NCBI GenBank assembly: GCA_002269645.1
Contig: NIVC01000694.1
Location: forward strand, 248,001-312,000
From: Macrostomum lignano
Lineage: Eukaryota
DNA: 64,000 nt
Direction of reading: 5' to 3'
In this document: positions 22,965-35,798 of the stretch, piece by piece
How positions within the stretch are numbered: the stretch's first letter is position 1
Layout of the letters: each line of letters starts with the position of its first letter
The notes under the pieces: generated by a model
What the model saw: only the letters and a program-made list of their open reading frames with translations
Databases searched by the model: none
Told to the model about the DNA's origin: nothing
Made by a program: the position numbers and the translations under genes

Positions 22965-23137
22965 GACATTAAGACAGACAGACAGACAGACAGACAGATA
23001 GACAGACAGACAGACAGACAGACAGGCAGGCAGGCAGACAGACAGACAGGCAGACAGACAGACAGACAGGCAGACAGACAGACAGACAGACAGACAGGCA
23101 GGCAACAGACAGACAGGCAGACAGACAGACAGACAGT
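22965..23137. repeat. (GACA)n/(GGCA)n microsatellite
   Basis: Read directly. Confidence 0.95.
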
Positions 23138-23974
23138 CATACAGCAGTTGGCAGCAGGCCAGTAATAATTCCGTCTGAAATTGAGCTCAGTCCCTGGAGC
23201 AGGGCAAATCAAAAGCAGCCCATCTGCTTTGTAGTCAAAGAGGCTATCAGGCAAGGCGAGTTGGCAGGGGCAACAATTTCTGCAGCAGACAGAAGACCCG
23301 GCAAAACCAGCCCCCTCCCCGCATTCCGAAATCGCAGCCCGGAATGCGAGTAACTTAAAAGTGCAAAGCCATTCACGCTTCCACTTCTGCCTTTCGCTGC
23401 CCTCTTTCTCCTCTCCTCTCCGTTTCTCCTCTTTGTGTTCCCATCGAATTCTGCCCTTCACGCAGCTCTGTGGGGATTCGCCTGTGGAACCCGGCAAATC
23501 AGCTGCCGCCTGCTGCCCTCCCCGCTCCCGCTGTCCAACTCGGGGAAAACAGGCCGCTCCCCAGGGGGGCAGGACGGCGGCACCGCGGCAGAGCAAGGCG
23601 ACACGGGGACCCGGCCAGGCCATGCCCGAGCAGCTCAGCGCTGGTGAGTCTGATTCGATTTCTCTCGCGCCTCTCCTCTGCTCGGCAAACACTTGCGGCC
23701 CGTCTGTCAGAGCGGCCGCCCCCTGTTTGACACGTCCTGGCGGGGGGGGGGGATTTCTGCTCCAGCAGCTGCCCCGGACACTTGCAGATCCCGAGCTCGC
23801 ACTCGAGGGCTGCCGCACTTGGGCACCCAGTGCTTTATTAATATTGTCAGCTCGACCAACGGGCAGCTCAAGCGGAAGGACCGCTGCACTCCCGAAATGC
23901 ACTTGCGAGAAGACAAGTTTATCGTCTTTAGCGCTAAACAAAAAATGCATGTAATATCTGCCTTGCCTTCTTTA

Positions 23975-24560
23975 CCTGAGGCCAAACTCATGAGAAACAG
24001 TGACTCACCTGTGGCCAAACTCATGAGAAACACGTGACTCACCTGTAGCCAAACTCATGAGAAACACGTGTCTCACCTGTGGCCAAACTCATGAGAAACA
24101 CGTGACTCACCTGTGGCCAAACTCATGAGAAACACGTGACCTGTGGCCAAACTCATGAGAAACACGTGACTCACTTGAGGCCAAACTCATGAGAAACACG
24201 TGTCTCACCTTGGCCAAACTCATGAGAAACACGTGACTCACCTGAGGCCAAACTTATGAGAAACACGTGACTCACCTGAGGCCAAACTCATGAGAAACAC
24301 GTGACTCACCTGAGGCCAAACTCATGAGAAACACGTGACTCACCTGTGGCCAAACTCATGAGAAACACGTGACTCACCTGAGGCCAAACTCATGAGAAAC
24401 ACGTGACTCACCTGAGGCCAAACTCATGAGAAACACGTGACTCACCTGTGGCCAAACTCATGAGAAACACGTGACTCACCTGTGGCCAAACTCATGAGAA
24501 ACACGTGACTCACCTGAGGCCAAACTCATGAGAAACACGTGACTCACCTGAGGCCAAACT
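23975..24560. repeat. 32-bp minisatellite (GGCCAAACTCATGAGAAACACGTGACTCACCT-GA/GT), ~18 copies
   Basis: Tandem units read directly. Confidence 0.95.
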
Positions 24561-25429
24561 CATTTTGCAGTGAAAACCAGCCTCAAGCAAAAACTGCGAG
24601 TGAATTCTCCTCTTATGACTTGTCGAAGAGGGCACAAATGCAATTTTCTGCAGCAAGGTCTGCTTTTAAATTTCTGCAGAACTGCACTCTTACTTGTCCA
24701 GAGAGCAGGCAGGCAGAGCTGCGCAGGTGTGCGGGGGAAGCCGGCAGGGCTCGCGGGAATTTTTCCCCGGCATCGCCGAGCGAGTTTCTCATTTCAACCT
24801 TCGCGGCCAGCGGAAGCCCCTTGCAGTCGCCGGAACTTCGAGGCGCCGGCTTGTTTCCTGAGCAGCCTTGCTTGGGGGGGGGGGGGGCTGCCGAGGCTCC
24901 GAGCCGCCCCGACCTCGCTAATTCCCGATCCCAGCCAGCTGCTAAATCTCCGACTCCAGCCGCAGCTGCAGGCAAGGCCGGCCCCAAAATCAATTGAAGA
25001 TTCTCAGCTGAGACTCGCATGCGTCTGGCAGTGAAATCTTCTGCTGCCGCTATTTTTGGCATCGGGAGCTGTTTTTGTTTTTGACGCCGATGTCCCGCCG
25101 CGCTCCATCAGTGCTTGCGTGGCCCGGGCGGGCATTTTCTGGCGCTATTCGATAAGCCGTCCCGAGCGTGACTTCGCATCTCATCGATTCCAGCCCGCAC
25201 GCCCGCCTATCCGGCAGCGCGGCCTCTGCTTGCTAATCCCTTCCTGCTTCATCAGAAGCTCAGTTTGCGGGCATGCTGGGCCTGTGCTGATGCTAAACCG
25301 GCAGCTGGTTTGGGTTCGTGAAGAAATGACGGTCCACTTTGTGACTTGGAGGCTGTCGTCTGCAAGATGAAGCTGAGACCCCCTCTATGCGTGAGGCCAT
25401 GGCGCTTCACATGACCAATGGGACGGTAC

Positions 25430-25715
25430 GAGTATCATTGTGCCTCACCGAATACCTAATGGGGTATCATGGTGCCTCGCAGAATACCTAATGGGGTATC
25501 ATGGTGCCTCACAGAATACCTAATGGGGTATCATGGTGCCTCACAGAATTACTATCATGGGGTATCATCATAGGAGGGCTATCAGGTACCATCACAGAAG
25601 GGCTATCAGGTATCATCACAGAAGAGCTATCAGGTATCATCACAGAAGGGCTATCAGGTACCATCACAGAAGAGCTATCAGGTACCATCACAGAAGGGCT
25701 ATCAGGTATCATCGC
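25430..25715. repeat. Adjacent 32-bp and 24-bp minisatellites (GGGGTATCATGGTGCCTCACAGAATACCTAAT; GGCTATCAGGTATCATCACAGAAG)
   Basis: Tandem units read directly. Confidence 0.88.
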
Positions 25716-26447
25716 ATGGCTTTCGGGGCATGACTGTCTCACACAGTGTCAGCTACATGTATTTTCAACTAAAAAAATTGAAGACGCCATTTTTTGAAAA
25801 TCAGAACCGCTCGTAGTGCAAATCTTCAAATCTTCAAATCGAATTATTGAAATCTGTAGCAGTCGGTTATGAAATCTTCCTGTATATTTGTCAAGATAAA
25901 TAAGATTGAGTATCGCATCTATAGGGAAAATGTTTATTATGAATCAATTTGTCAGTGACTGCCTAGGCTATATTTAATATACTTATATTGACTGGCTCTG
26001 AATTCATGTGGCCGGCTTAGGCTGAGCTCAGCAGTTTCATTGGATTTTTTCTTGGTTAAAGGAGCAGCCAAAAGCAGCAATAAACAGTGTAGAGGATGAA
26101 ATTTAGATATAAGGGGCGCCATAAGTTGCTCAGAGGCGCCATGAAGAGCATTGGGGGCGCAGTCTCAGGGGGCGCCATGGGGAGCATAGGGTGCGCAATG
26201 AGCAGCATAGGGTGCGCAATGGGGAACATAGTGTGCGCAATGGGGAGCATAGGGTGCGCAATGAGGAACATAGGGGGCGCCATGAGGAGCAAAGGGGGCG
26301 CCATGGGAGCTGTAGGAAGCGTAAGCGAAGCTTAGGTATGTACTTTATCTCCACCCCTAGTGATCGGCAGGCCAGTTACTGCCGAGTCAATAACAAACAT
26401 TTGCCAGTCCACAGAACACTGGAGAGTCCCGGCCGCTGCTCAGCCGC

Positions 26448-28129
26448 TCAGTCCGAGTCCCAGGCACCGGGCGAGTCGCTGTCTTCGGACTCATCGGAGT
26501 CCGCCTTGACCATGTGCGGCCGGATGCTGGTGATGGCGTCGAAGATGGCCTGGACGTCGCAAGCGCCGGAAGAAATTTTCTTCTTTGCGGCCGTCTTGCC
26601 AGTCTGGACGGCCGCCTTCTTCAGCTGGATGCCCTGGCGGATCTGCTCCAGCAGGCCGCTGGTGGACCCGGCATCTGGCTGCCTCTGCTGCTGCTCCTTG
26701 CTGACCGGCTTGAGCCGCGCCGAGGTCAGCGAGGCAGCTGTCGGCGCTCCGCCGCTCCCTGAAGGCGGCCCCGCAGCGCCAGCCGCGCCAGATGGAGGTG
26801 GCGGTGGCGGAGGCGGCGGAGGCGGCGGTGGCGATGGTGGGGGCGCTCCGGTCGTTGCCGGAGCTCTCGGCGCCGCTTGCTGCGCTGGAGGCGACGGCGG
26901 TGATTGCGGCGAGGTCACGGCAGCCGCTCTCGGTCCTGGTGTTCGCGGTACCGGAGGCGGCGGCGGCGGCGGCGGCGGCGGAGGGCATGGAGCCTGGCCA
27001 CCGACCGGCGGAGGCGGCGGAGGCGGAGGTGGCGGCGGTGGAGGCGGCGGCATTCCATTGCCACCACCAGCTGCTGAAATTAGCGGCTGCGGCGCCGGTG
27101 GCGGTGGCGGCGGCGGAGGCGACGGAGGCGGCAGACACTCCCCGCCAAGTCCTCCTGACTGCAACGGCGCCGGCGGCGCTGGCGGCGGCGGCGGCGGTGG
27201 CGGTGGTGGCGACGGACTGCCGCGCAGTCCCCCGTCCGAAACCTCCGCCATTAGCGGCGGCGGCGGCGGAGGCGGCAGAGTGGCGGCCCCCTGGCCCAGC
27301 AGGTCTAGGTACTCGCCTTCCTCCTTCTCCACCGCCTCAGCCTCCTCCCAGTGCCGAGGCTGAGTCACGGGCACGGAGACGGTCGGAGCAGCCGCGGCGC
27401 TGCTGGGGGCATCCTTGGTGACGAGGTCCAGGTACTCGTCCTCGCTGGTCGGCTCCGGCGCCTCGATGGCCGGCTGCGAGCTCTGGACGGGCGCGAACTC
27501 CACGCCGTGCTTCATGGCCTCGTAGTTCGGCTTCGCCACTTGGCGCGGCTTCTTGCGCTTCTTCCGGCTCTGCCGTTTGCCGCCCCGGCCAGCGGCGCCC
27601 GCCCCCTCCGGCCGCTGCTTGGCCAACTTGGCCGCCTGGTCCAGCATCTGCTGCGCCCACAGCCGGAAGAAGAACTCGGGGTCTGAGTACAGACTCATGC
27701 CTTTGCGGTCATCGTCGCGCAGTTGGTCCAGGCCGTCTAGCGCGGGCGCGGGCTCGGCGGCGGCCCGCAGGCTGCGCACGGAGTCTGGCTGGGCGCTGGG
27801 CGTCAGCAGGCCCTGCTCCGTGGCCTGGCGGGAGGCGAAGGTCTCCGGCCGGTCGATGGGGGCGGGTCCTGGTCCCGCACCAGCCGCTCCACCCGGGAGC
27901 CGAGGCGCTCCGCTTTGCTCGCGAGCTTTCGGGTTCGCCCCACCAGCTGCTGCATTTCGCTGGCCAGGCCGCTGAAGATGCCGCTGGCCTGGGCGCTGAT
28001 GCAGCTCATCTGGCTGAGCAGGTTGCTCAGTGTCACATTGTTGGTTAATGTGAGGTCCTGCGACTTGGGCAGCGGGTCGCTGGTTTGGGTCACGGCCACC
28101 GGCTGCACCACTCGCTGCGGAAACGGCAT
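26448..28129 (-). CDS. WASF: WAVE/SCAR-family Arp2/3 nucleation-promoting factor (WHD, basic region, polyproline, WCA); one apparent frameshift at a G5 run (27858-27862)
   Basis: N-terminal WHD (MPFPQRVVQP..NVTLSNLLSQMS..S..A..IF..L..E; LDQLRDDDRKGMSLYSDPEFFFRLWAQQML), basic RKKRKK, long poly-Pro, WH2 GLLEQIRQGIQLKK, C segment DVQAIF.AI..IR, acidic SDESEDSD..WD. One extra C in CCGCCCCCATC would join the two frames. Confidence 0.88.
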
Positions 28130-28593
28130 TTTGCTTGGCGCTTTCTCAGAGCGATAGGCGGCTGCAGCTGCGAGCGGGCTTTGTAGGCAGGCGGGGCGGG
28201 GGAGTGGGGTGGCTGCCCGGGGGGGCTGTGAGGCAGTACCTTGTTGATGCTGTTTTGTCCGAGTGCGCACGTTGGCTGCACTCCTGCCCTGCACACTGGC
28301 GCAGCAGTGAAAATGCCTTGCAGAGTGGCTGCGGCTGCGTGCGCCCCCTCTCCACTGGCATATCCTGTGTTTTGCGCAGAGTTTATCTGCAGCCCGCCAT
28401 CTGCCTGCCTGCAGGACCTGTGCAGCCTTCCTGAGGCTGTAAGTGGAACAAGAGGCTATACATGCCTCTGGCTGACATTAACTGGGCCTGCTGTGAAACT
28501 TTAGCATCTTGTTATAGAGGCTTCTAAGAGCACCAGTCCACTTGACCGTGGGAGCGTGACCGCCTACCTCTCTTCTTCTGGTCAGCTGAAAGT

Positions 28594-28872
28594 AGCTGAC
28601 AGATGTCGCTACAGAGAGGATTGAATTAGAAGTCCTTGAGCCTGACAGATGTCGCTACAGAGAGGATTGAATTAGAAGTCCTTGAGCCTGACAGATGTCG
28701 CTACAGAGAGGATTGAATTAGAAGTCCTTGAGCCTGACAGATGTCGCTACAGAGAGGATTGAATTAGAAGTCCTTGAGCCTGACAGATGTCGCTACAGAG
28801 AGGATTGAATTAGAAGTCCTTGAGCCTGACAGATGTCGCTACAGAGAGGATTGAATTAGAAGTCCTTGAGCC
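28594..28872. repeat. 46-bp minisatellite (GCCTGACAGATGTCGCTACAGAGAGGATTGAATTAGAAGTCCTTGA), ~6 copies
   Basis: Tandem units read directly. Confidence 0.94.
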
Positions 28873-29774
28873 TGCAGCAAGCCTTAGATTAACAAGTACA
28901 TCAAGTTATTAATTTATTTCGTTTTCACTTGCCGAGCTCGTGTGTGAAATGCCCACTTCAGGGTCTGCAGAGTCCTGTTGAGAAAATTTCCCGGCTTCTG
29001 CATTCCAGCAGTGCTCGGTTTTAAGCTCTAATATTAATACCATAGGCTTAAAACGCGTGCCTCGCTACTTACTTCGTGTCAAGTCAGTAGTATAAAGCTG
29101 GCATTCTAGTACTTCTTTACTGCTAAATAAATTCGAGCTGGGTAAAAAGAGGAATGCAAGGGCACGAGGCTGACTCTGCCAGAGCAGCGAAGCCTGGGGA
29201 GCCTGCAGAGGCTCTTTGTCTTTTCATACGCTTTTCAGGGCGTGCGTTTGTTGAAAGCGGGTTTCAGGCAACTCCGAGTTCGCATGCCTCATCGCTACGG
29301 CTGCCCAGCCTCCTCGATCCACATTTTGCATGAGAATTAATTAAGAAAACTTTGCCTCACCTACCAAGAATACGAGAAAGGGGATCCCGGCTCTTCTGCT
29401 TCGTTCCTATTCTGAGCCAGAAATGGCAGTTTCTGGGGACCGGGCGGTCCCGAACTCGCTTGCCTGTGAATTATGAAGCCCGAGCCAGCGAGTTGGATCT
29501 GCGGTCTCGGGAGCCGCCGAACGCAGTCGCCGAGCCGGAGGTCGGGACGTGACTTCCCGCTGTCCCCCGCTGAGCAGGAAGTGTTCCCGGGGAGAGGGGA
29601 GCAGGATGGAGACGCAGTGGCTATGGGAGGCTGACTGCCTTTTAGAGAGTTGATTGGAGAGCGAAGGCTGCGCGAATTTCAATGCTCGCTTTTGAGAGCC
29701 AAGACGCTTTGGTGGCGAAGGCGATCCGGGCTTTGAAAATTCATTTGAGCAATCTGGACACGGCCACTGAAGCT

Positions 29775-31080
29775 GAGGGAGAGAGGGGGGAGAATTGGGA
29801 GATGGGGAAAGCTAGAGAGGAAGGAGTGACAGGGAGAGAAAGGAAGGAGAAAAATGGGAGGAGAGGAAGACAGGAGAGAAAGGGTGGGAGGAAAAGAGGG
29901 GAGAGAAGAGAGGGGTGAAAAAGGGAAAGAGAGAAGTAGAGGGAGAGAAAGAGAGTTGAGAGAAAGGAGAGGAGAGAGAAAGGGACAGGGAGGAGTAGAG
30001 TGGGGGAGGCAGATTGGGGGGAGAGGGGAAGACTGAGTGGGGAGAGTGGAGAGGGGGAGGCAGAGTGGGAGGGAGAAGGGAAGAAGTAGAGGCTGAGTAT
30101 GAGGGAGAAGTGGAGAGGGGGAGGCTGAGTGGGAGGGAGAAGTGGAGAAGTAGAGGCTGATTGGGAGGGATAGGGAGAGGGGGGCTGAGTGGGAGGGAGA
30201 AGTGGAGAGGGGGAGGCTGAGTGGGAGGGAGAAGTGGAGAGGAGGCAGAGTGGGAGGGAGAAGTGGAGAGGGGAGGCTGAGTGGGAGGGAGAAGTGGAGA
30301 GTGGAGGCTGAGTGGGAGGGAGAAGTGGAGAGTGGAGGCTGAGTGGGAGGGAGAAGTGGAGAGGGGGAGGCAAATTGGGGGAGAAGTGGAGAGGGGGAGG
30401 CTGAGTGGGAGGGAGAAGGGGAGAGTGGAGGCTGAGTGGGAGGGAGAAGTGGAGAGGGGGAGGCAAATTGGGGGGAGAAGTGGAGAGGGGGAGGCAAATT
30501 GGAGGGAGAAGGGGAGAGGGGGAGGCAAATTGGAGGGAGAAGGGGAGAGGGGGAGGCAAATTGGAGGGAGAAGGGGAGAGGGGGAGGCAAATTGGAGGGA
30601 GAAGTGGAGAGGGGGAGGCAAATTGGAGGGAGAAGTGGAGAGGGGGAGGCAAATTGGAGGGAGAAGGGGAGAGGGGGAGGCAAATTGGAGGGAGAAGTGG
30701 AGAGGGGGAGGCAAATTGGAGGGAGAAGGGGAGAGGGGGAGGCAAATTGGAGGGAGAAGTGGAGAGGGGGAGGCAAATTGGAGGGAGAAGTGGAGAGGGG
30801 GAGGCAAATTGGAGGGAGAAGGGGAGAGGGGGAGGCAAATTGGAGGGAGAAGTGGAGAGGGGGAGGCAAATTGGAGGGAGAAGTGGAGAGGGGGAGGCAA
30901 ATTGGAGGGAGAAGGGGAGAGGGGGAGGCAAATTGGAGGGAGAAGTGGAGAGGGGGAGGCTGAGTGGGAGGGAGAAGTGGAGAGAAGGAGGCTGAGTGGG
31001 AGGGAGAAGTAAATAGTGGAGGCTGAGTGGGAGGGAGAAGGGGAGAGGGGGAGGCTTATGGGAGGGAGAGGGGAGGTAGG
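29775..31080 (+). repeat. Purine-rich (G/A) tract with a 31-bp core unit (GGAGGGAGAAGTGGAGAGGGGGAGGCAAATT)
   Basis: About 1.3 kb that is almost all purine on the + strand; tandem units read directly. Confidence 0.93.
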
Positions 31081-31650
31081 TGAATGCTATCAAAGAGAAT
31101 TGGGATAAATTCAGAGGGAGTAAGCAAAGGAGGCGCAGATGAGGTGGGCAGATGAGGGCTGGGCAGGCAGGCAGCGGCTGTGGCAGTAAATTAAAACGCT
31201 CTGGCCTGACAGCACGGGGGCTGATCCGGAGACATTCGAAGCAGATTAAAAAGCCAATAAAAGCCGAGTCTGAAATCCGATTCGGTTCTAAAAAACGATC
31301 GAAATTGTCTTCCGGGCGAGCGGCACGCACGGAAATCGCGTGGCGACGGCGCAGCGGGTGTTGAAGGTTGAATCCGGGCGGGTCGGCCGGGGCGGGGCTG
31401 GGGATTCGGCGAGGCGCCCTCGGCCTATGGGACCGGCTGGCTGTCCGCATGGGATATGCATGCATGGCATACTCAGCCGCTGCCCTCCCCGAGGTCTCAG
31501 TCTAATCCCATTCGAGCAGTTGCTTTTGGCAAAGCACTGTCTGAGAACAGCTTCATCTCAGCCAAGGCGTCTCACTGCTGACTCTGGGCGGAGGCATGAG
31601 GCATCCATACCGGCTGAGCAGCTCCCGCAGCACCTGCTGATGCCACAGTC

Positions 31651-34600
31651 ATGAGCACTCGGCTCCGCTGCTCGCAGTCCGCCTTCTTCAATCGGGCCTT
31701 TGAGCTCAGCCACATTGAGGAGGGTGAGCTGGGACAGTCCCTGCGGCAGAGCGGGGTGAACTGCAATAAGGAGCGGGGGGTCACTCGAGTAGGGAACGGG
31801 AAGTCACTCGAGCAGGGAGCGGGAAGTCAACCGAGCAGGAAGCGGCAAGTCACTCGAGCAGGGAGCGGGAAGTCACTCGAGTAGGGAGCGGGAGGTCACA
31901 CCCAAGCAGGGAGCGGGAAGTCACACCCAAGCAGGGAGCGGGAAGTCACACCCAAGCAGGGAGCGGGAAGTCAATCGAGTAGGGAGCGGGAAGTCACACC
32001 CAAGCAGGGAGCGGGAAGTCACACCCAAGCAGGGAGCGGGAAGTCAGTCGAGTAGGGAGCGGGAAGTCACACCCAAGCAGGGAGCGGGAAGTCACACCCA
32101 AGCAGGGAGCGGGAAGTCAGTCGAGTAGGGAGCGGGAAGTCACACCCAAGCAGGGAGCGGGAAGTCACACCCAAGCAGGGAGCGGGAAGTCAGTCGAGTA
32201 GGGAGCGGGAAGTCACACCCAAGCAGGGAGCGGGAAGTCAGTCGAGTAGGGAGCGGGAAGTCACACCCAAGCAGGGAGCGGGAAGTCAGTCGAGTAGGGA
32301 GCGGGAAGTCACACCCAAGCAGGGAGCGGGAAGTCAGTCGAGTAGGGAGCGGGAAGTCACACCCAAGCAGGGAGCGGGAAGTCAGTCGAGTAGGGAGCGG
32401 GAAGTCACACCCAAGCAGGGAGCGGGAAGTCAGTCGAGTAGGGAGCGGGAAGTCACACCCAAGCAGGGAGCGGGAAGTCAGTCGAGTAGGGAGCGGGAAG
32501 TCACACCCAAGCAGGGAGCGGGAAGTCAGTCGAGTAGGGAGCGGGAAGTCACACCCAAGCAGGGAGCGGGAAGTCACACCCGAGCAGGGAGCGGGAAGTC
32601 ACACCCAAGCAGGGAGCGGGAAGTCACACCCAAGCAGGGAGCGGGAAGTCACACCCGAGCAGGGAGCGGGGCGTCACCCGAGCAGCCCGAGCCGGTCAAG
32701 GAAGAGCAGAGCAGCGGCGGTCAGGCTGAATGCGTCAACAGGAAAAAAAGATTGAATCAGCCAGCCGCATCTGACAGAGGCAGCCACTCAGACAGGCATG
32801 CAGAGACCTGCAGGCGCAGAATTCCATGCAAATTCAATTCTCGGCACCCTTGGCTTCCCTGCTCCGGCAGCAGAGCCGGGGTGAGGGCAGAGCCGCGGGT
32901 GAGGTGGAACTGCAGGATTTCAAAGTACAGAAGCAATGCACTTTTACAAAGTGCGGCGGCTCTGAGCTCCGCTCGGTGAGCGCAAAACTCGACTTCCCGC
33001 TGAGTCGAGTTTTGAGTCGATTGGAATCTGCAGCCAAGGAGCCAGTCGGGTGGTCTTCAGCACATCCAGTTGCTTTATTTTATCTGCTAATTAGCATTGA
33101 GCCAGAGAGGGTTTGTGGTTTAAGAGGCATTAGCATGTCTGCTGTTACATGTATGGTATAGAATCTATAGGGATGCAACGCACGAGCTGTAACCACTATT
33201 CAGCTCCAGCCTTCAATTCTCATCCCCAACCTTCAATTCTCATCTCCAGCCTTCAATTCTCATCTCTAGCCTTCAATTCTCATCTCCAGCCTTCAATTTT
33301 CATCTCCAGCCTTCACTTCTCATCTCCAGCCTTCACTTCTCATCTCCAGCCTTCACTTCTCATCTCCAGCCTTCACTTCTCATCTCCAGCCTTCAGTTCT
33401 CATCTCCAGCCTTCAATTTTCATCTCCAGCCTTCAATTCTCATCTCCAGCCTTCAATTCTCATCTCTAGCCTTCAATTCTCATCTCCAGCCTTCAATTTT
33501 CATCTCCAGCCTTCAACTCTCATCTCCAGCCTTCACTTCTCATCTCTAGTCTTCAATTCTCATTTCCAGCCTTCAATTCTCATCTCCAGCCTTCAATTTT
33601 CATCTCCAGCCTTCACTTCTCACCTCCAGCCTTCAGTTCTCATCTCCAGCATTCCCTTCTCTCAACCCGCAGAAACCCACTGCCTAGTCGGCACCGACTG
33701 CGATGCCAGCCTTCAGCCAACCGCCGCTGCAGCCGCCGCTGCTGCCGCAGCCCTCGGAACGAGCTCAGAGCCCGCGGCGGACTCCGTCTTGTCGCGAAGC
33801 CCCAGCGACCTGCTGCAGGTGGAACTCCGCAGCGCTGACCGGCGCCGCCGCTCCCAGCAGTCGATGGGCGGCGGCAGCGGCGGCGGCGGCGGTGTGCAGC
33901 TGTCGGTGCCTCCGCCTGCCGGTCCGCTGCAGCAGCGCGGCAGCTTCTCGCAGTACTCTGGCCGCTCCGCCCGCTCCTCCATCGCCTCGGACCCCGGAAT
34001 CCTCATGATGGACGTCCACCAGCCCGCGCACGCGCTGGACCCGAAGTACCTGTACCACGCCTTCGTCTGCTACCACGCCTCGGACAGGCAGTGGGCGCTG
34101 GGCCTCGTGAAGCGGCTGGAGGCGGAGCCCTACTGCTACCGCCTCTGCTACGACATGCGCGACTTCAACCGGACCTTCTCGCGCATCCAGAACGTCGTCT
34201 GCTCGGTGATGCTGAGCCAGCGCGTCATCCTGGTGCTCAGCGGCCAGTTCGTGGCCCACAGCTGGCCGGAGCTCGAGGATGCCCTGCAGCACGCCTGCCC
34301 GCCCGCCGGCCAGCGGAAGCGCAAAATCATCCCCGTCACCCTGGGCGACGCCCTCGAGCTGCCCGATCTCATCAAGCCGCTGACTGTGCTCAGCGCCAAC
34401 CACCGCAACTTCTTCGATCGCCTGCTGCTAACGCTCAAGCACGGTGAGTCTGCGCACTGTGCTCCAAACTTCTGTGTTTTATGGTGTTTACAAACAAGAA
34501 ATTCATTGAGAAGCTTGTCGCCTCCGCCTCTCAGAGAACATCGTGCTGTCGGATTCCTCCACGACGCTCTGGTCGGTGATGTCGCACTCCGCAGGCTCCG

Positions 34601-35748
34601 AGAACGGCCACCTGCTGGTGTTGGCCAGGGGCCGCCTCACCGGCCAGTGGGGCGCCAGGCCCGAGTTCCGCCACTCCCTGGAGCACGCCAGGCACCAGCC
34701 GTCGGTGGACCTGGTCGACTCCTTCGTGAGCCGCTCGGGACTCGGGATCCCGGACCCAGCACCTTCTCCTGCGGATCCCGGACCCAGCACCTTCTCCTGC
34801 GGATCCCGGACCCAGCACCTTCCCCTGCAGATGCCGGACCCAGCACCTTCTCCTGCAGATGCCGGACCCAGCACCTTCTCCTGCAGATGCCGGACCCAGC
34901 ACCTTCCATTGCAGATGCCGGACCCAGCACCTTCCCTTGCAGATGAAGGACCCAGCACCTTCCCCTGCAGATGAAGGACCCAGCACCTTCCCTTGCAGAT
35001 GAAGGACCCAGCACCTTCCCCTGCGGATCCCGTCTCCTTCTGTGGCTCACTGTCCCATCCTACTCCATCTCACTCTCGCCCTCCTTCATTCTCACCCGCT
35101 CTCCGTCAACTAATTCCTGTCTGTCCCATCCCACTCTCCCCGCTCAGATCCAAATCCCCAAAACTGAGGCAGAGGCGGGGAGCTGTTGCGCCACTGGCCT
35201 CTTCAGCACCGCTCGCTAAAAGCGCTCAGCTTTCTCGGAGATGGATAGATGTGGAACTGGGAGGGCAGGCGGAGAGGAGAGAGGCTGGCAAGCAGCCAGG
35301 CATCTGCGATGGCTGCTCAGTGCTGCAATGCAGCACCCGGGGCTGCCGGGGGAGACGGACAGGCGGATCCCGCATGCCCGATGCAGATCCAGCATCTCTT
35401 GCAGACAAGCCCTCTCATCTGGATGCTGGGCAGGCCGAGGCGGCAGATACTGGCTGGGGAAGGGAGTCTGGGCTGGGCCGAGTAATGGGGACAAGGAGAA
35501 AATGAAGCGAGTGAAATAGGGATGGGGATGCGGTTTATGCAATCCCCAGCCGTCCGGCAGACATTCGCCGTGCACCAGCTGAGGCCATTGGCTTCGTCAG
35601 TCCGCCATGAGGGCTGTAAATTTAATCCGCAACTAATGAGATTAAGGAGCTGCGCCGGCTGCTAAAATATTAGCACTGGATGATCAATATCTGATGCCTT
35701 GGTGACCAGCCTTGCCATCTTGTACTGTACAAGGGTTCCTGCTCAATA

Positions 35749-35798
<50 letters not shown>

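Noticed and set aside
23140-25400. Possible exons (splice-like sites on both strands, 100-150-aa ORFs)
   Set aside because: No consistent phase-matched gene model or protein family could be built; left unannotated.
27858-27862. Programmed -1 ribosomal frameshift in WAVE
   Set aside because: No canonical slippery heptamer; a homopolymer sequencing error is the simpler explanation.
29679-31465. Long 360-574-aa ORFs on the minus strand and Gly/Glu/Arg-rich ORFs on the plus strand
   Set aside because: Artefacts of the stop-free polypurine repeat; no domain content.
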